A DNA stretch of 64,000 nucleotides from an uncultured bacterium (GTDB taxonomy: Bacteria; UBP7; UBA6624), in assembly GCA_964012435.1 (NCBI GenBank), contig CAXGSM010000001.1:1-64000 (forward strand), given 5' to 3'. A program made the translations under genes and the position numbers. The notes below the pieces were generated by a model. The model was not told where the DNA came from. It worked only from the letters and a program-made list of their open reading frames with translations, and made no database searches. This document shows positions 32,016 through 42,561 of the stretch, piece by piece (position 1 is the stretch's first letter; the number at the start of each line of letters is the position of its first letter).

Positions 32016-32786
32016 ATGAATAAAAATATATTGTTAGGTTCTTTTTCTCAAGCTAATTTCGGAGATGATTGGATCCTTGGTGATGCTATGAAAAAATGGG
32101 AAACTAATCGAGTTTGCGCCAAAGGTTCAGTCCCGAAAAAATGTAATTTTTCTTTTTCTTTTTTTAAAAATGTCATTCTGCCAGGAGGTGGTGTTTTTCA
32201 GGATAGAACTTCAAATGCATCTTTTTATTGGTATTTTTTTATGGTTTTGATGTCAAGAAAAGCACAGGCTTTTGACATGGATTTAACTGAATTAAAAAGC
32301 CCTTTTAAAAGATTTTTATTAAATTTTTTGATTAATTTAAAATTTGAACTTTTTGAATTAAGGCCAGGAACAGTTTTTTTTAACCTTAAGGAAGGCTCGG
32401 ATTCAGTTCAACATAATTTTGATGAATTTGTTAGAGAAGGTGTGGCATGGTGTCCTTATCCAACAGATAAATTCATTCCTGCTTTAGTAGATTCTGTGTT
32501 TATTTCGGATAAAAGAGATTATGTTTGTGATTTTCGTAATTTCAATTATTTGCATCACCAAACAGAAGATATCAAAAAAAGTTTTATGTTTTTGTCAAGC
32601 AAGGATTCCATAATTAGTTCCAGATATCATCCTCTTTTGCTTGCATGGATGAATGGCCAAAAAGGTCTTGGTATCGGGCCTCAAAATGGAAAGATTCATC
32701 ATTTATGCAAAAGAGCTGGTTTTCCTTATTCCTGCAGTAATGAGAACTTACCAAAACCTCAAATTGCTAATTCAAAATGGATTTAA
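32016..32786 (+). CDS. Polysaccharide pyruvyl transferase-like protein (CsaB-like, shortened)
   Basis: GSFSQANFGDD, PGGGVFQDRTS..SFYWY, ISSRYH. Confidence 0.72.
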   Translation: MNKNILLGSFSQANFGDDWILGDAMKKWETNRVCAKGSVPKKCNFSFSFFKNVILPGGGVFQDRTSNASFYWYFFMVLMSRKAQAFDMDLTELKSPFKRFLLNFLINLKFELFELRPGTVFFNLKEGSDSVQHNFDEFVREGVAWCPYPTDKFIPALVDSVFISDKRDYVCDFRNFNYLHHQTEDIKKSFMFLSSKDSIISSRYHPLLLAWMNGQKGLGIGPQNGKIHHLCKRAGFPYSCSNENLPKPQIANSKWI

Positions 32787-33487
32787 AAAGAGTTTTTTTC
32801 CTAGATAGAGAAATTGTTATCTCTAACAAAGAGCAAATAATAAAGTTTATTTTGTCTTCATCGAAGCAAGATAAAACGTTGAAAATTTTTACCTTGAACC
32901 CAGAAACGTGGCTGAAAACAAGAGATTTAGACTTTGATGATGATGTTTTGTGGATACCTGAAAGCATAAGTGTTTATTACGCAATGGTTTTCTTAGGCCT
33001 TAAGGGTTGTAGGTTACCTGGTATAGATCTTGTATCCAGCCTGCTGAAGGAAAATTTTTTGAATGTTATTTCCTGGGGGGGGAGTGATGAAGATTGCAAA
33101 ATCTTGAAAAATAACTGGGATCATTTAAGCTTCAAGTCAAAAATCATCGAAGCCTTTGATGGTTTCTCTGAAAATCAAAAAGAATTAATTAAGTTGATAG
33201 CTGAAACTAAAAAAGTAATTGTTTTAGTCGGGAAGGGTGCAGGCTTACAAGAGCGTAACATTATTCAAATTGCAATTAAAAAGAACCCCTGTGTTTACTT
33301 TGGTGTTGGTGGCACTTTAGACGTTTTTTCGATGAAAAAAACAAGAGCGCCTTCGGTAATGGTCAAATTTGGATTCGAATTCTTGTGGAGAATACTTTTT
33401 GAACCAAGAAGATTAATTAGAATGATAAATTGTTATCCTGTATTTTTTATTGAGGTTTTGAGGAGTAAGTTTTGTATAAAGAAATAA
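32777..33487 (+). CDS. WecB/TagA/CpsF family glycosyltransferase
   Basis: TLNPE, RLPGIDL, GVGGTLDVF, RAP, GFEFLWRILFEPRR. Confidence 0.88.
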   Translation: MDLKRVFFLDREIVISNKEQIIKFILSSSKQDKTLKIFTLNPETWLKTRDLDFDDDVLWIPESISVYYAMVFLGLKGCRLPGIDLVSSLLKENFLNVISWGGSDEDCKILKNNWDHLSFKSKIIEAFDGFSENQKELIKLIAETKKVIVLVGKGAGLQERNIIQIAIKKNPCVYFGVGGTLDVFSMKKTRAPSVMVKFGFEFLWRILFEPRRLIRMINCYPVFFIEVLRSKFCIKK

Positions 33488-34146
33488 ATAAGTCTTTGCA
33501 TCTTTTTAGTTGTAATTTCTTTTTTATTTTCTTCATTGCACTTTTTTCTTTTTCAGCGTATTTTCAAAAAAATGTGTTTTTAAGTGTTTATTTCAATACA
33601 GAAGAAGAGCTTCAGGATGTTTTGATATACATTGAAGATTCAAAAGATTTTTTTCCAAGTTTTGAAATTTTTACACCTGAAATGAATCTTGATTTTTTGT
33701 CTTCTAGATTTAATGTTGACCTTGACAGCGTTCCTTCCGATCAGATTTTTTGGTCAGTAAATATTTATCCCGAAAAGGGGCAGGATGTTTCTGACTTTAA
33801 AGAAAAGGTAGAGATTTTAATGCCCTCTGATAATTTAGTTGGATTGGATAATATTGATTTTTATAATCAGATTGCTGTTAATTTTAAAAATTTATCTTTT
33901 CTATTTGGTTCTTTATGGCTGCTTTTTTTGTTATTTTTCTTGAATCAAAAAATAAAAAATTTAATTTTTGTTTTTACCTCTAGCGCTTTTTTAACTGTTG
34001 TTTTTAGTGCCTTTTCTATGAGGTTTTTGTATTTTGTTTCATCATCAGATGTTCGTTCTATTTTGCAAAATTTGTGGCTGTATGTTTTTGTTATGAATAT
34101 TTTCTTGTTTTTTGTTTATAAAAAAAGGTATTTTCAAAAAACATGA
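33472..34146 (+). CDS. Membrane protein, possibly a highly diverged FtsX
   Basis: TM - soluble loop (LSVYF...) - further TMs; sits upstream of a coiled-coil M23 peptidase and ctpA; start uncertain. Confidence 0.45.
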   Translation: MYKEINKSLHLFSCNFFFIFFIALFSFSAYFQKNVFLSVYFNTEEELQDVLIYIEDSKDFFPSFEIFTPEMNLDFLSSRFNVDLDSVPSDQIFWSVNIYPEKGQDVSDFKEKVEILMPSDNLVGLDNIDFYNQIAVNFKNLSFLFGSLWLLFLLFFLNQKIKNLIFVFTSSAFLTVVFSAFSMRFLYFVSSSDVRSILQNLWLYVFVMNIFLFFVYKKRYFQKT

Positions 34147-35207
34147 ATATCCTCTGTGTCTTTTTTATGTTTTTTTTAGAGAAGATACCTCAAGATTTGC
34201 AAGAAATATGGTCTGAGATCGATTCTGTTAATATAAATTTAGATTTACATAAGGATAAGGTTGAACAAAACAAAATATCTATTCGAGAAGCCGAAGAAGA
34301 GGCGAATTCTATTGAAAGCAACATTGAAGCTTTGACAAACAAGAAGAATCAATTTTTTGTTTTAAAAATCCAACTAGAAGAAGAGATTAAACAGCATTAT
34401 TCAAGACTTTCCTCTGTTCTTAATGCCTCCTTGAAGGACAAGCAAATAATTCCTTCGTGGTTTATGGTTTTTGGTTACGAAAAGAATTTGGATGCTTACC
34501 AAGAAAAAGTTAAAAACATGACAGGGGCTATATTCTCAATGGAATCTTCTCTTTCAAAAGTTTCTGTCGACATTGGAATGGTCGAAGATTTTTTAAGTGA
34601 TTCTGAATTCAAAAAGGATGGTGTCTATAAGTCCATTAGCAAAAAAGAATCTGAACTTTCTGCAAGCTTGGATGCTTTAGAGCAATTTAACAGCACTTAT
34701 AAGCAGGAAATCACAAACCTCTGGCATAAACGAAACCAGCTTGAGCTAGAGGTTGATGCGGAGACAATACTTACCTATAGGGGTGCAAGATGGGAGTTAC
34801 CTTTGTACAAGCCTTGTGAAGGCCGTTTGTCAAGCCCTTTTGACCCCAAGAGGCTTCATCCGGTTTTAGGTTATGTTAGACCCCATAATGGGCAAGATAT
34901 TGCAGCTCCAAAAGGTACGCCCGTTTATGCTGCTGAGACAGGAAGAGTTATTTTCGTAGGTGAAAGAGGTGGTAATTGGGCTGGTTTAGGTAAATTTGTA
35001 ATCATTCAGCATGCTGAAGGCTGGACAACAAGGTATGCTCATTTAAGTAAAATACTGATAGACAATGAAAAAGCAGTTAAGAGAGGTGACCTTATAGGCT
35101 TGGTTGGCAGTACTGGATTATCAACAGGACCTCATCTTCATTTTGAAACAAGAAAAAATGATATCCCTTACGACCCTCAGCCTTATTTAAAATCTGATGA
35201 AAAATAA
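34143..35207 (+). CDS. Coiled-coil M23 metallopeptidase (EnvC-like architecture)
   Basis: RPHNGQDIAAPKGTPV, TRYAHL, VGSTGLSTGPHLHFE. Confidence 0.92.
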   Translation: MNILCVFFMFFLEKIPQDLQEIWSEIDSVNINLDLHKDKVEQNKISIREAEEEANSIESNIEALTNKKNQFFVLKIQLEEEIKQHYSRLSSVLNASLKDKQIIPSWFMVFGYEKNLDAYQEKVKNMTGAIFSMESSLSKVSVDIGMVEDFLSDSEFKKDGVYKSISKKESELSASLDALEQFNSTYKQEITNLWHKRNQLELEVDAETILTYRGARWELPLYKPCEGRLSSPFDPKRLHPVLGYVRPHNGQDIAAPKGTPVYAAETGRVIFVGERGGNWAGLGKFVIIQHAEGWTTRYAHLSKILIDNEKAVKRGDLIGLVGSTGLSTGPHLHFETRKNDIPYDPQPYLKSDEK

Positions 35208-36462
35208 TTTAAAAAAAACACTAACAATAATCCAGTTTTTCTTAGCGGTTTTTTTGGTTTTTATTGTTTTGGAAACCTATGACGAGTCAAGCGTCAATGA
35301 ATCGCCAGCAACAAAAGATGTTAACGCTTCTGCTAGCTCTTTTGAGGGTGTGTCGTATATGGAAGAAGCTTGGAAAGTTGTCGAAGACAGGTATTTTGAA
35401 GACCTGAATGAAGAAAAGAAAAGAGAGATTACTGAAAATGCTATATCTGGAATGATGTCTTCTTTTGATAGATATAGTCGTTTTGTTCCACCAACTGAAT
35501 CAAAAATACAATGGGAAAATACAGAGGGTGAATTTGGTGGAATAGGTGTAACTATTGCCCCTTATGGTAAATTTTTGCAAGTCGTATCAGTTGTGAAAGG
35601 CGGACCTGCTTATAAGTCGGAAATAAAAAATGGAGACATTATTATTTCTGCAGATGGAAATTCTTTCGAAAATTCAAGTTATGAAGAATCTGTTTCCTAT
35701 GTAAGGGGACCAATAGGCAAGGCTGTTCAATTAGAGGTGATAGATTCAACAACAGCAGAGACGCTAAATGTTTCAGTTGTTCGTGAAATTGTTGTTGTCC
35801 CATCCATTGGAAAAGTTGAGCAATTAAATGACAAAACTTATTTCATTGAATTGCTCCAGTTTAACAAGAATACACCTTCGTTGCTTAAACAAGAATTAAT
35901 ATCCGCAATTGACAAAGGCGCTGAAAGTCTTATTTTGGATTTAAGAGGAAATCCTGGAGGCGAATTGTATTCTTGCTTGGAGATAGTAGATTTATTTTTA
36001 GATGAAGGTTTGATAGTTAGTATCAAGTTCAAAAATGATGAAAAAAGTTTTTCTGCAAAGCCTGGAGACATTGGCGAGGATTTAAGCTTGGTAGTTCTTG
36101 TTGACGGATATAGCGCTTCAGCAAGTGAGATATTTGCTGGAGCTATTCAAGATCATGAAAGAGGTTTGATTGTAGGGAATAGAACTTTTGGTAAGGGTTT
36201 AGTTCAGCATGGTGAAAATCTCGACAGTGGTGGCTCAGTCATTATTACAACAGCAGTTTATTTGACCCCAAATGGTAATCAGGTGAATGGAAATGGAATA
36301 AATCCTGATTTTGAAATCTCTAGTTCCGAGGATGAAAAAGTGATTCAAATTCTTGCAGAAATAGAAAGCCTTCAAGGGCAAATATCTGCTTTGAGGACAG
36401 ATATTCGCGATAGGATAGGTGACTTGATGCTAGAAAAGGCTATTGAGGAAGTTAAAAAATGA
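35197..36462 (+). CDS. ctpA: C-terminal processing protease (S41A) with PDZ domain
   Basis: FGGIG, ILDLRGNPGG, SASASEIFAGA, TFGKGLVQ. Confidence 0.93.
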   Translation: MKNNLKKTLTIIQFFLAVFLVFIVLETYDESSVNESPATKDVNASASSFEGVSYMEEAWKVVEDRYFEDLNEEKKREITENAISGMMSSFDRYSRFVPPTESKIQWENTEGEFGGIGVTIAPYGKFLQVVSVVKGGPAYKSEIKNGDIIISADGNSFENSSYEESVSYVRGPIGKAVQLEVIDSTTAETLNVSVVREIVVVPSIGKVEQLNDKTYFIELLQFNKNTPSLLKQELISAIDKGAESLILDLRGNPGGELYSCLEIVDLFLDEGLIVSIKFKNDEKSFSAKPGDIGEDLSLVVLVDGYSASASEIFAGAIQDHERGLIVGNRTFGKGLVQHGENLDSGGSVIITTAVYLTPNGNQVNGNGINPDFEISSSEDEKVIQILAEIESLQGQISALRTDIRDRIGDLMLEKAIEEVKK

Positions 36463-36824
36463 GATATTCAATAAAGGAAGGGATGCTGTCTTGGCTTTTG
36501 CATAGGTTAACAGGAATTGGAATTTTTATTTTTTTAATTATTCACGTTATGGGAGCAATTTATTTAAAAATTGGTCCAGAGGAATGGAATCATCATGTTG
36601 AATTATTCAATACTCCCTTTTTTAGAGTTGCTGAGGTTGGCTTGATGGGAGCTATTCTTTGGCATGGCTTGAATGGATTAAGAATTATTATTATTGATTT
36701 TTCAGGCATAAGAACAAGCCATTTTGCTAAATTTTTATTTTGGATAATTGTTTTTTTAACGGTTTTGCTTATGCTTCCTGGAACCTATATATTATTAAAA
36801 CCTTTGTTTGAGGGTGCTGCCTAA
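36459..36824 (+). CDS. sdhC: Succinate dehydrogenase cytochrome b subunit
   Basis: WLLHRLTG, HGLNGLRIII. Confidence 0.92.
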   Translation: MRYSIKEGMLSWLLHRLTGIGIFIFLIIHVMGAIYLKIGPEEWNHHVELFNTPFFRVAEVGLMGAILWHGLNGLRIIIIDFSGIRTSHFAKFLFWIIVFLTVLLMLPGTYILLKPLFEGAA

Positions 36825-37246
36825 TGAGCTACAAAAAAGTGCCAGGAACTTTTGCATGGTGGTTTCAGAGAATATCTGGATCTTTTTTGATAATACTTAT
36901 TTTTATTCATTTTATAGATGTTCATTTTATTTTTGGTGTTGAAAATTTAGAGTATGAAACAGTTGCCGAAAAATGGAATAAACCCTTTTGGAGAATAATG
37001 GATGCATTGATGCTTATTTTAGGCATGATTCATGGCGCAAATGGGATTGAATCAATCCTTTTAGATTATAAAAAAATTAGAAAGTATAAAACTTATTGGA
37101 TTTTTTTTGTAAGGGCTATATCGGCTGTAACTATTATCGTTGGTTCATGGATTATCATTACCTTTTCTCCAGAAGAAAAAAGTATGGCTGAATATGGAAG
37201 CCCTGCAGCTGAAATGCAAGATGAAGCAAGTGAGAGTTATGAATAA
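36824..37246 (+). CDS. sdhD: Succinate dehydrogenase membrane anchor
   Basis: WWFQRISG, HGANG...DY. Confidence 0.88.
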   Translation: MSYKKVPGTFAWWFQRISGSFLIILIFIHFIDVHFIFGVENLEYETVAEKWNKPFWRIMDALMLILGMIHGANGIESILLDYKKIRKYKTYWIFFVRAISAVTIIVGSWIIITFSPEEKSMAEYGSPAAEMQDEASESYE

Positions 37247-38969
37247 ACATCAATATGATGTAATTGTGATAGGTGCTGGTGGCGCTGGATTATCCGCTGT
37301 TGCTGCAATACCTAAAGGTCTAAAGGTCGCAGTTCTTTCAAAGCTTTTTCCATTTAGAAGTCATACAGGTGCAGCTCAAGGTGGAATCTCTGCAGCTTTA
37401 GGCAATTTGGAAGAAGATAATCCACTTTGGCATGCTTATGACACTGTGAAAGGAAGCGACTATCTTGGTGACCAAGATGCGATTATACAAATGTGCAATG
37501 ATGCTCCCGATGCTATTTTTGATCTAGAAAGAAAAGGTTTGCCTTTTTCCAGGCTTAAAAATGGAAAAATTTCTCAAAGACCTTTTGGTGGTCATACTAA
37601 GAATTGGGGAGAAGCACCTGTAAGAAGAGCTTGTCATTCTGCTGATAGGACTGGACATATGATTTTGCATACCCTTTACCAGCAAGCCTTAAGAAGGGAG
37701 ACGAATTTTTTTGATGAGTTTCAGGTGGTTGAAATAATAACGAAAGATGATTCATGCTGCGGAGTTGTTGCGGTAAAGCTTTCTACTGGAGAAAGACATG
37801 TGTTTCATAGTAAGTCAGTTATTCTTGCTACAGGCGGTTATGGAAGGTGTTTTAAAGTTACAAGCAATGCACTTTCTCTAACAGGCGACGGCATGGCTAT
37901 ATGCTACCAAAAAGGAATACCTCTCCAGGACATGGAGTTTATTCAATTTCACCCTACGGGATTACACCCTTTAGGGATATTGATAACAGAAGGAGCAAGG
38001 GGAGAAGGCGGGATTCTTGTAAACTCTAGAGGCGAAAGATTCATGGAAAGGTACGCCCCTTCGATTAAGGATTTGGCTCCTAGGGATATTGTAAGTAGGT
38101 CTATTTATGAAGAAATAAAAGCCGGACGAGGTATAGACGCAAAAGATTTTGTTCATTTAGATTTAACCCATTTAGGCAGAAAGCTTTTAGATGAAAAATT
38201 GCCTGATGTTACAGGTTTTGCAAGAACTTATTTAAATATTGAGCCTGCCGATGAACCGATTCCAGTTAAACCTACAACACACTATGCAATGGGTGGAATA
38301 CCGACTGATGTTGATGGAAGGGTAATTATTAATCCAGATGGAAGTGTTATGCACGGTTTATATGCTTCTGGAGAATGTGCCTGTGTTTCTGTTCATGGTG
38401 CAAATAGATTGGGCACAAATTCACTTTTGGATTTAGTTGTATTTGGAAAAAGAGCAGGACAACATGCATCTATTTATTCAGAATCAAGCAAATTTTCTGA
38501 ATTGCCGAGTGATGCTGGTTACGATTCTGAGTCCTTTTTACAGCAGGTAAGATCAAATACTAGAGGTCCTAAAGTTTATGAAATAAGAGAAAAAATGCAG
38601 GAAATTATGATGGATTATTGTTCTGTGTTCAGAAATGAAGAAGGAATGAAAAAATGTGCTTCTTTGCTTTCTGAGCTCAGAGAAGATTTTCAAAAGGTTA
38701 CAATTTCGGATAAATCTAATTTTTATAATTATGAAATGATGGCTGCTTTTGAATTATCCTGTATGCTTGACGTTAGTGAGGCAACATTGCATGGAGCAAT
38801 GCTTAGAAAGGAGAGTAGAGGAGCTCACAGCAGGGAAGATTATCCTGATAGGAATGATCAAGATTGGCTTAAGCATACTTTATGCTATCAAGAAAAAGGA
38901 AATAATCCGATATTTAAATTCAAGAATGTTAATCTTGGTAAATTTGAGGTCAAGGCAAGGGTTTATTGA
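37239..38969 (+). CDS. sdhA: Succinate dehydrogenase flavoprotein
   Basis: GAGGAG, RSHTGAAQGG, QFHPTG, TEGARGEGG, HYAMGG, HGANRLG. Confidence 0.97.
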   Translation: MNKHQYDVIVIGAGGAGLSAVAAIPKGLKVAVLSKLFPFRSHTGAAQGGISAALGNLEEDNPLWHAYDTVKGSDYLGDQDAIIQMCNDAPDAIFDLERKGLPFSRLKNGKISQRPFGGHTKNWGEAPVRRACHSADRTGHMILHTLYQQALRRETNFFDEFQVVEIITKDDSCCGVVAVKLSTGERHVFHSKSVILATGGYGRCFKVTSNALSLTGDGMAICYQKGIPLQDMEFIQFHPTGLHPLGILITEGARGEGGILVNSRGERFMERYAPSIKDLAPRDIVSRSIYEEIKAGRGIDAKDFVHLDLTHLGRKLLDEKLPDVTGFARTYLNIEPADEPIPVKPTTHYAMGGIPTDVDGRVIINPDGSVMHGLYASGECACVSVHGANRLGTNSLLDLVVFGKRAGQHASIYSESSKFSELPSDAGYDSESFLQQVRSNTRGPKVYEIREKMQEIMMDYCSVFRNEEGMKKCASLLSELREDFQKVTISDKSNFYNYEMMAAFELSCMLDVSEATLHGAMLRKESRGAHSREDYPDRNDQDWLKHTLCYQEKGNNPIFKFKNVNLGKFEVKARVY

Positions 38970-38970
38970 G

Positions 38971-39729
38971 ATGTTAAGGGTTTTTAGAATACAGAGATTT
39001 AATCCTGAAAGAGAGCCAAGCCAATGGATAGATGAATACACATTGGAAGTTAGCGAGGATGATAAAATTTTGGATATCCTTTTGAAAATAAGAGATGAAG
39101 TTGATACCACATTGGGTTTTCGAGCCTCTTGCGCTCATGGTGTTTGTGGAAGCGATGGGATGATGATTGATGGTTTAAATCGTTTAGCCTGCCAGACCTT
39201 TGTTGGTGATATCCCCGGTAGAAAGCCTATAAATATAGCACCTTTAAAAGGTGTTCCTGTGGAAAAAGATTTAATTGTGGAGATGGATTCCCTTTTGGAT
39301 AAGGTTAAATCTGTAAATCCTTGGGTTGTTGCCAAAGAGCATGAGCCGGGAGAAAGGGAACTTTTAATGTCTCAAGAAGATTTTGAAAAAATAGAAGACA
39401 TGACTAAATGTATCTGGTGCTCCTGCTGTACTACTTCCTGCCCTTCGTTATGGTCTGATTCTGATTACCTAGGTCCTCAAGCTTTAGTTATGGCTGCTAG
39501 GTTTATTTTAGACACAAGAAATGAAGAAGCTGAGAAGATAATAGAGAAGGTCGGAGGTCTAGATGGTGTTTTTAGATGTCACACAATTGGTAATTGCACA
39601 GATGCATGTCCTAGAGATATTGATGTGACAGGAGCTATAGCTGCTGTTAAGAAGGTTCTTCTTCAAGGAATTGATAATGAGGATAAATTTAGCAATATAG
39701 TTTGGGAGAAAAGTGATGAAAAAGAATAA
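38971..39729 (+). CDS. sdhB: Succinate dehydrogenase iron-sulfur subunit
   Basis: SCAHGVCGSD..LAC, CIWCSCCTTSCP, CHTIGNCTDACP. Confidence 0.96.
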   Translation: MLRVFRIQRFNPEREPSQWIDEYTLEVSEDDKILDILLKIRDEVDTTLGFRASCAHGVCGSDGMMIDGLNRLACQTFVGDIPGRKPINIAPLKGVPVEKDLIVEMDSLLDKVKSVNPWVVAKEHEPGERELLMSQEDFEKIEDMTKCIWCSCCTTSCPSLWSDSDYLGPQALVMAARFILDTRNEEAEKIIEKVGGLDGVFRCHTIGNCTDACPRDIDVTGAIAAVKKVLLQGIDNEDKFSNIVWEKSDEKE

Positions 39730-40831
39730 TAAAGGTAATTTTTTGTTTTTGTTTCTTTGTGTAGTGGGATATCTTATTGTTGCTGCACCAGCTCAAAAAA
39801 GTTATACAAAATCAACAATGATCGAAAAAGACTTGCTTCCTTTGAATTTAGTTTTAGATGTTGATGATCTTGAAAAAACATGGGATTGGAATTTAGAGAT
39901 TAGTTTTGGCCCAGTTGAAGAGCAACAAGACTTAAATGTTGATATGAATTTTTGGGCTAAACTTAGAACAAAAATGTCAAAGGACCAAGATGATTTTCAG
40001 GTTGTAATTCATCTTGAGGATTCTGATTTGAATATGACTTTTGAGGACAATCAAACCACAGAACCTGTAGACGCTCTTGCTTTAGCAAGGATGTTTGGCT
40101 ATCCGATAGATTCAACTTTAAGTATGATTCAGGGGTATCTGGGAACAATGCTTATCGACAACAAGGGTGCTATTCTTACATTTGATATAGCTGAAGATAA
40201 TCAAGAATTTTCACAAGAAGATCTTTATTGGCCAGATTACAGAGAGCAGATAGAGAAAAGCAGGTATGACATGTTGGGATCTGGCGTAGGCAATGTTGTT
40301 CCATGGATTTTTGGTTATATACCTTTAGGTTCGATAGATTCAGGCTACAAGAAAGAATGGAGTAGTAAGAATATTATTGATGTCATGGATTTTTATTACA
40401 ACGAAGATTATGCTTCTGAAAACAAGCCAACAGAGGGTGAATACTCAGAAATGAAAAATTTTCTTGAAGCACTTATGCCTGAAGCCAAAGTTTCACAAGA
40501 GCTTATAGGTGTAAAAAATGGAAATCTTGTTTTTGAGATAAAAGCAGACAGTTATATTTCTTTAGAGGATTCATGCTTAGCCATGGAAACTTTAATGGAA
40601 ATTGAAGAGGGGTTGGCAGCTGAGTTCGGTAATGATTGCTCTCTTTTTGATATGTCAATTTCAATGAGTGGTGAGGGTGAAATGGTTATAGATTCAAAAA
40701 CAGGCATGCTTGTTTCAAGGTCCATGAATCTTGGTTTTTATCTTCAGGGCTATCTTCCTGCTGAAATGTCACCTGCTGGAGTCGAGATGAAACTAGACTT
40801 CCCTCTTGTCATTTCGGAAGAGTTAAATTGA
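39716..40831 (+). CDS. Hypothetical exported acidic protein
   Basis: Signal-like N-terminus; overlaps both sdhB and the ABC ATPase gene. Confidence 0.7.
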   Translation: MKKNNKGNFLFLFLCVVGYLIVAAPAQKSYTKSTMIEKDLLPLNLVLDVDDLEKTWDWNLEISFGPVEEQQDLNVDMNFWAKLRTKMSKDQDDFQVVIHLEDSDLNMTFEDNQTTEPVDALALARMFGYPIDSTLSMIQGYLGTMLIDNKGAILTFDIAEDNQEFSQEDLYWPDYREQIEKSRYDMLGSGVGNVVPWIFGYIPLGSIDSGYKKEWSSKNIIDVMDFYYNEDYASENKPTEGEYSEMKNFLEALMPEAKVSQELIGVKNGNLVFEIKADSYISLEDSCLAMETLMEIEEGLAAEFGNDCSLFDMSISMSGEGEMVIDSKTGMLVSRSMNLGFYLQGYLPAEMSPAGVEMKLDFPLVISEELN

Positions 40832-41721
40832 CAAATAAGACATATCCTATATCTGTTAAAAATGCCTTAAGGCACTTTGGAAAAATAAAAGCATTAGATG
40901 ATTTCTCATTAACCGTAAAGCAAGGTGAATTTGTTGGCTTGATTGGCCCTAATGGTGCAGGAAAAAGTACATTGATTGGATCCTTGCTTGGTTTGGTTGG
41001 CTTGCAAGGCGGGGAATCAAAGCTGTTTGGTTTTGGTCCTGGAGGTGTTCAGGGCAAGGCCAAAGTAGGGTATCTTCCAGAGTTTTTCTTTTGTCCAGAT
41101 TATTTGACACCTAATTCTTATTTGAAAGAGATAGGGGTCTTGCATGGGATGAACCCAAAACAAACACTCTCTGCCTCAAAAGGTTTGACTTCCTTGCTTG
41201 GTTTAAATTCTCATATGGATAGACTCGCAGGAAAGCTTTCTAAAGGGCTTTTAAGAAGAGTAGGGATTGTAAGAAGTTTGTTCCATAATCCTGATTTAAT
41301 TATTTTTGATGAGCCAGCTTGGGGTCTCGATCCTTTTGGCAGAAAAGCTCTTAATGAAATTTTGCTTGATTTAAAAAAACATAAAAAAACACTTTTATTA
41401 TGCAGTCATAATATGGAAATGGTTGAAACCATTTGTGACAGGTTTGTTTTTATCGAGAACGGAAAACTTAAAGGGGAGGGGAGTAATGAGGATTTGTCTA
41501 TAGAGGATGAGGTCAAGATAGTTTATGAAAATAAAGATGAGGTTATTTCAGGTAGCAAGCAGTTAGATGGTTGCTGGATTGCTCTTGTTGATAAAAAGGA
41601 TAGAGAGTTAGAGATTCAGAATCTAATCAAATCAGGCTCAAAGATAATAGAGGTTTCTGAAAACAAGACTGATTTGATTGACTGGGTTGTTTCTAAGAGT
41701 GATAGAAAAGATGAAGTTTAA
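40828..41721 (+). CDS. ABC-2 type exporter ATP-binding protein
   Basis: GPNGAGKST, LSKGLLRR, IIFDEP..GLDP, CSH. Confidence 0.93.
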   Translation: MTNKTYPISVKNALRHFGKIKALDDFSLTVKQGEFVGLIGPNGAGKSTLIGSLLGLVGLQGGESKLFGFGPGGVQGKAKVGYLPEFFFCPDYLTPNSYLKEIGVLHGMNPKQTLSASKGLTSLLGLNSHMDRLAGKLSKGLLRRVGIVRSLFHNPDLIIFDEPAWGLDPFGRKALNEILLDLKKHKKTLLLCSHNMEMVETICDRFVFIENGKLKGEGSNEDLSIEDEVKIVYENKDEVISGSKQLDGCWIALVDKKDRELEIQNLIKSGSKIIEVSENKTDLIDWVVSKSDRKDEV

Positions 41722-42553
41722 AAACGTATTCACTATTGGAAAAATGACCTTTCAGTCTGTTGTAGGCAACAGCAAGGCTCTCAGGATGGTTTTTATAGGC
41801 GCTCTTTTGTTTGGCCTTTCAACTTATCTTTTATCCCAGAATCAAGATGCAACAGTTGTTACATTTACATGGACTGGTATAGGTTTTCTTTTTCTCGTTA
41901 TCTCTTATCAGGCAGCAGATTTGTTAAGGGAGGATTTGAGAAAAAAAACACTTACTCCAATCATTACATCCCCAATAAGCAGGCTTGAATATAGTTTGGG
42001 AAGGTTTTTTGGGCTTTTTGTTCCAGGCTGGGCAGTCCTCTCAGGTTTGTATTGGCTTTTGTTTGAATATGGTGTTGTAAGAACTGAAGGTTATGAAATC
42101 ATCAAGAATGTTGCTTTTTTAACTCGTCAGCTTCCTGAGTTTGAAATACCCATTGGCCTTCCTGCTGCAAAAGAGCTAGCGACTGTTTTCTGGACTTTGC
42201 TTTCGTCTTTTATGTTTGTCGTTATGTCAGCTCTTTATTTCCTTTCTGCAAAGTTTAATCAAAAGGCTGCTATTGCATTGGCTTTTTGCTGTTGGCCGCT
42301 TATAAGCTGGTTCTGGAGACTTCCTATCAAGGTTGAGAATGAAGTTTTTACAGAATTGGTCACTCTTGGGGGATTGAAGGGTGGATGGCCTGCCTTGCCT
42401 ACGATAGGTTTATGGTTTCCAATCATTGTTTCCGGCAAGGATGCAATAAAGATTGCTGAAATTTATGCAATACAGTCTATCGTCTGGTCTGCCCTGTTTA
42501 TATTTTTAGGTTACAGAATGTTTAAGAACATTGACCTTTCAAGACCTCAGTAA
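41711..42553 (+). CDS. ABC-2 type permease
   Basis: About 6 TM segments; TSPISRLEYSLGRF loop; follows the ATPase gene. Confidence 0.82.
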   Translation: MKFKNVFTIGKMTFQSVVGNSKALRMVFIGALLFGLSTYLLSQNQDATVVTFTWTGIGFLFLVISYQAADLLREDLRKKTLTPIITSPISRLEYSLGRFFGLFVPGWAVLSGLYWLLFEYGVVRTEGYEIIKNVAFLTRQLPEFEIPIGLPAAKELATVFWTLLSSFMFVVMSALYFLSAKFNQKAAIALAFCCWPLISWFWRLPIKVENEVFTELVTLGGLKGGWPALPTIGLWFPIIVSGKDAIKIAEIYAIQSIVWSALFIFLGYRMFKNIDLSRPQ

Positions 42554-42561
42554 TAAATTAT

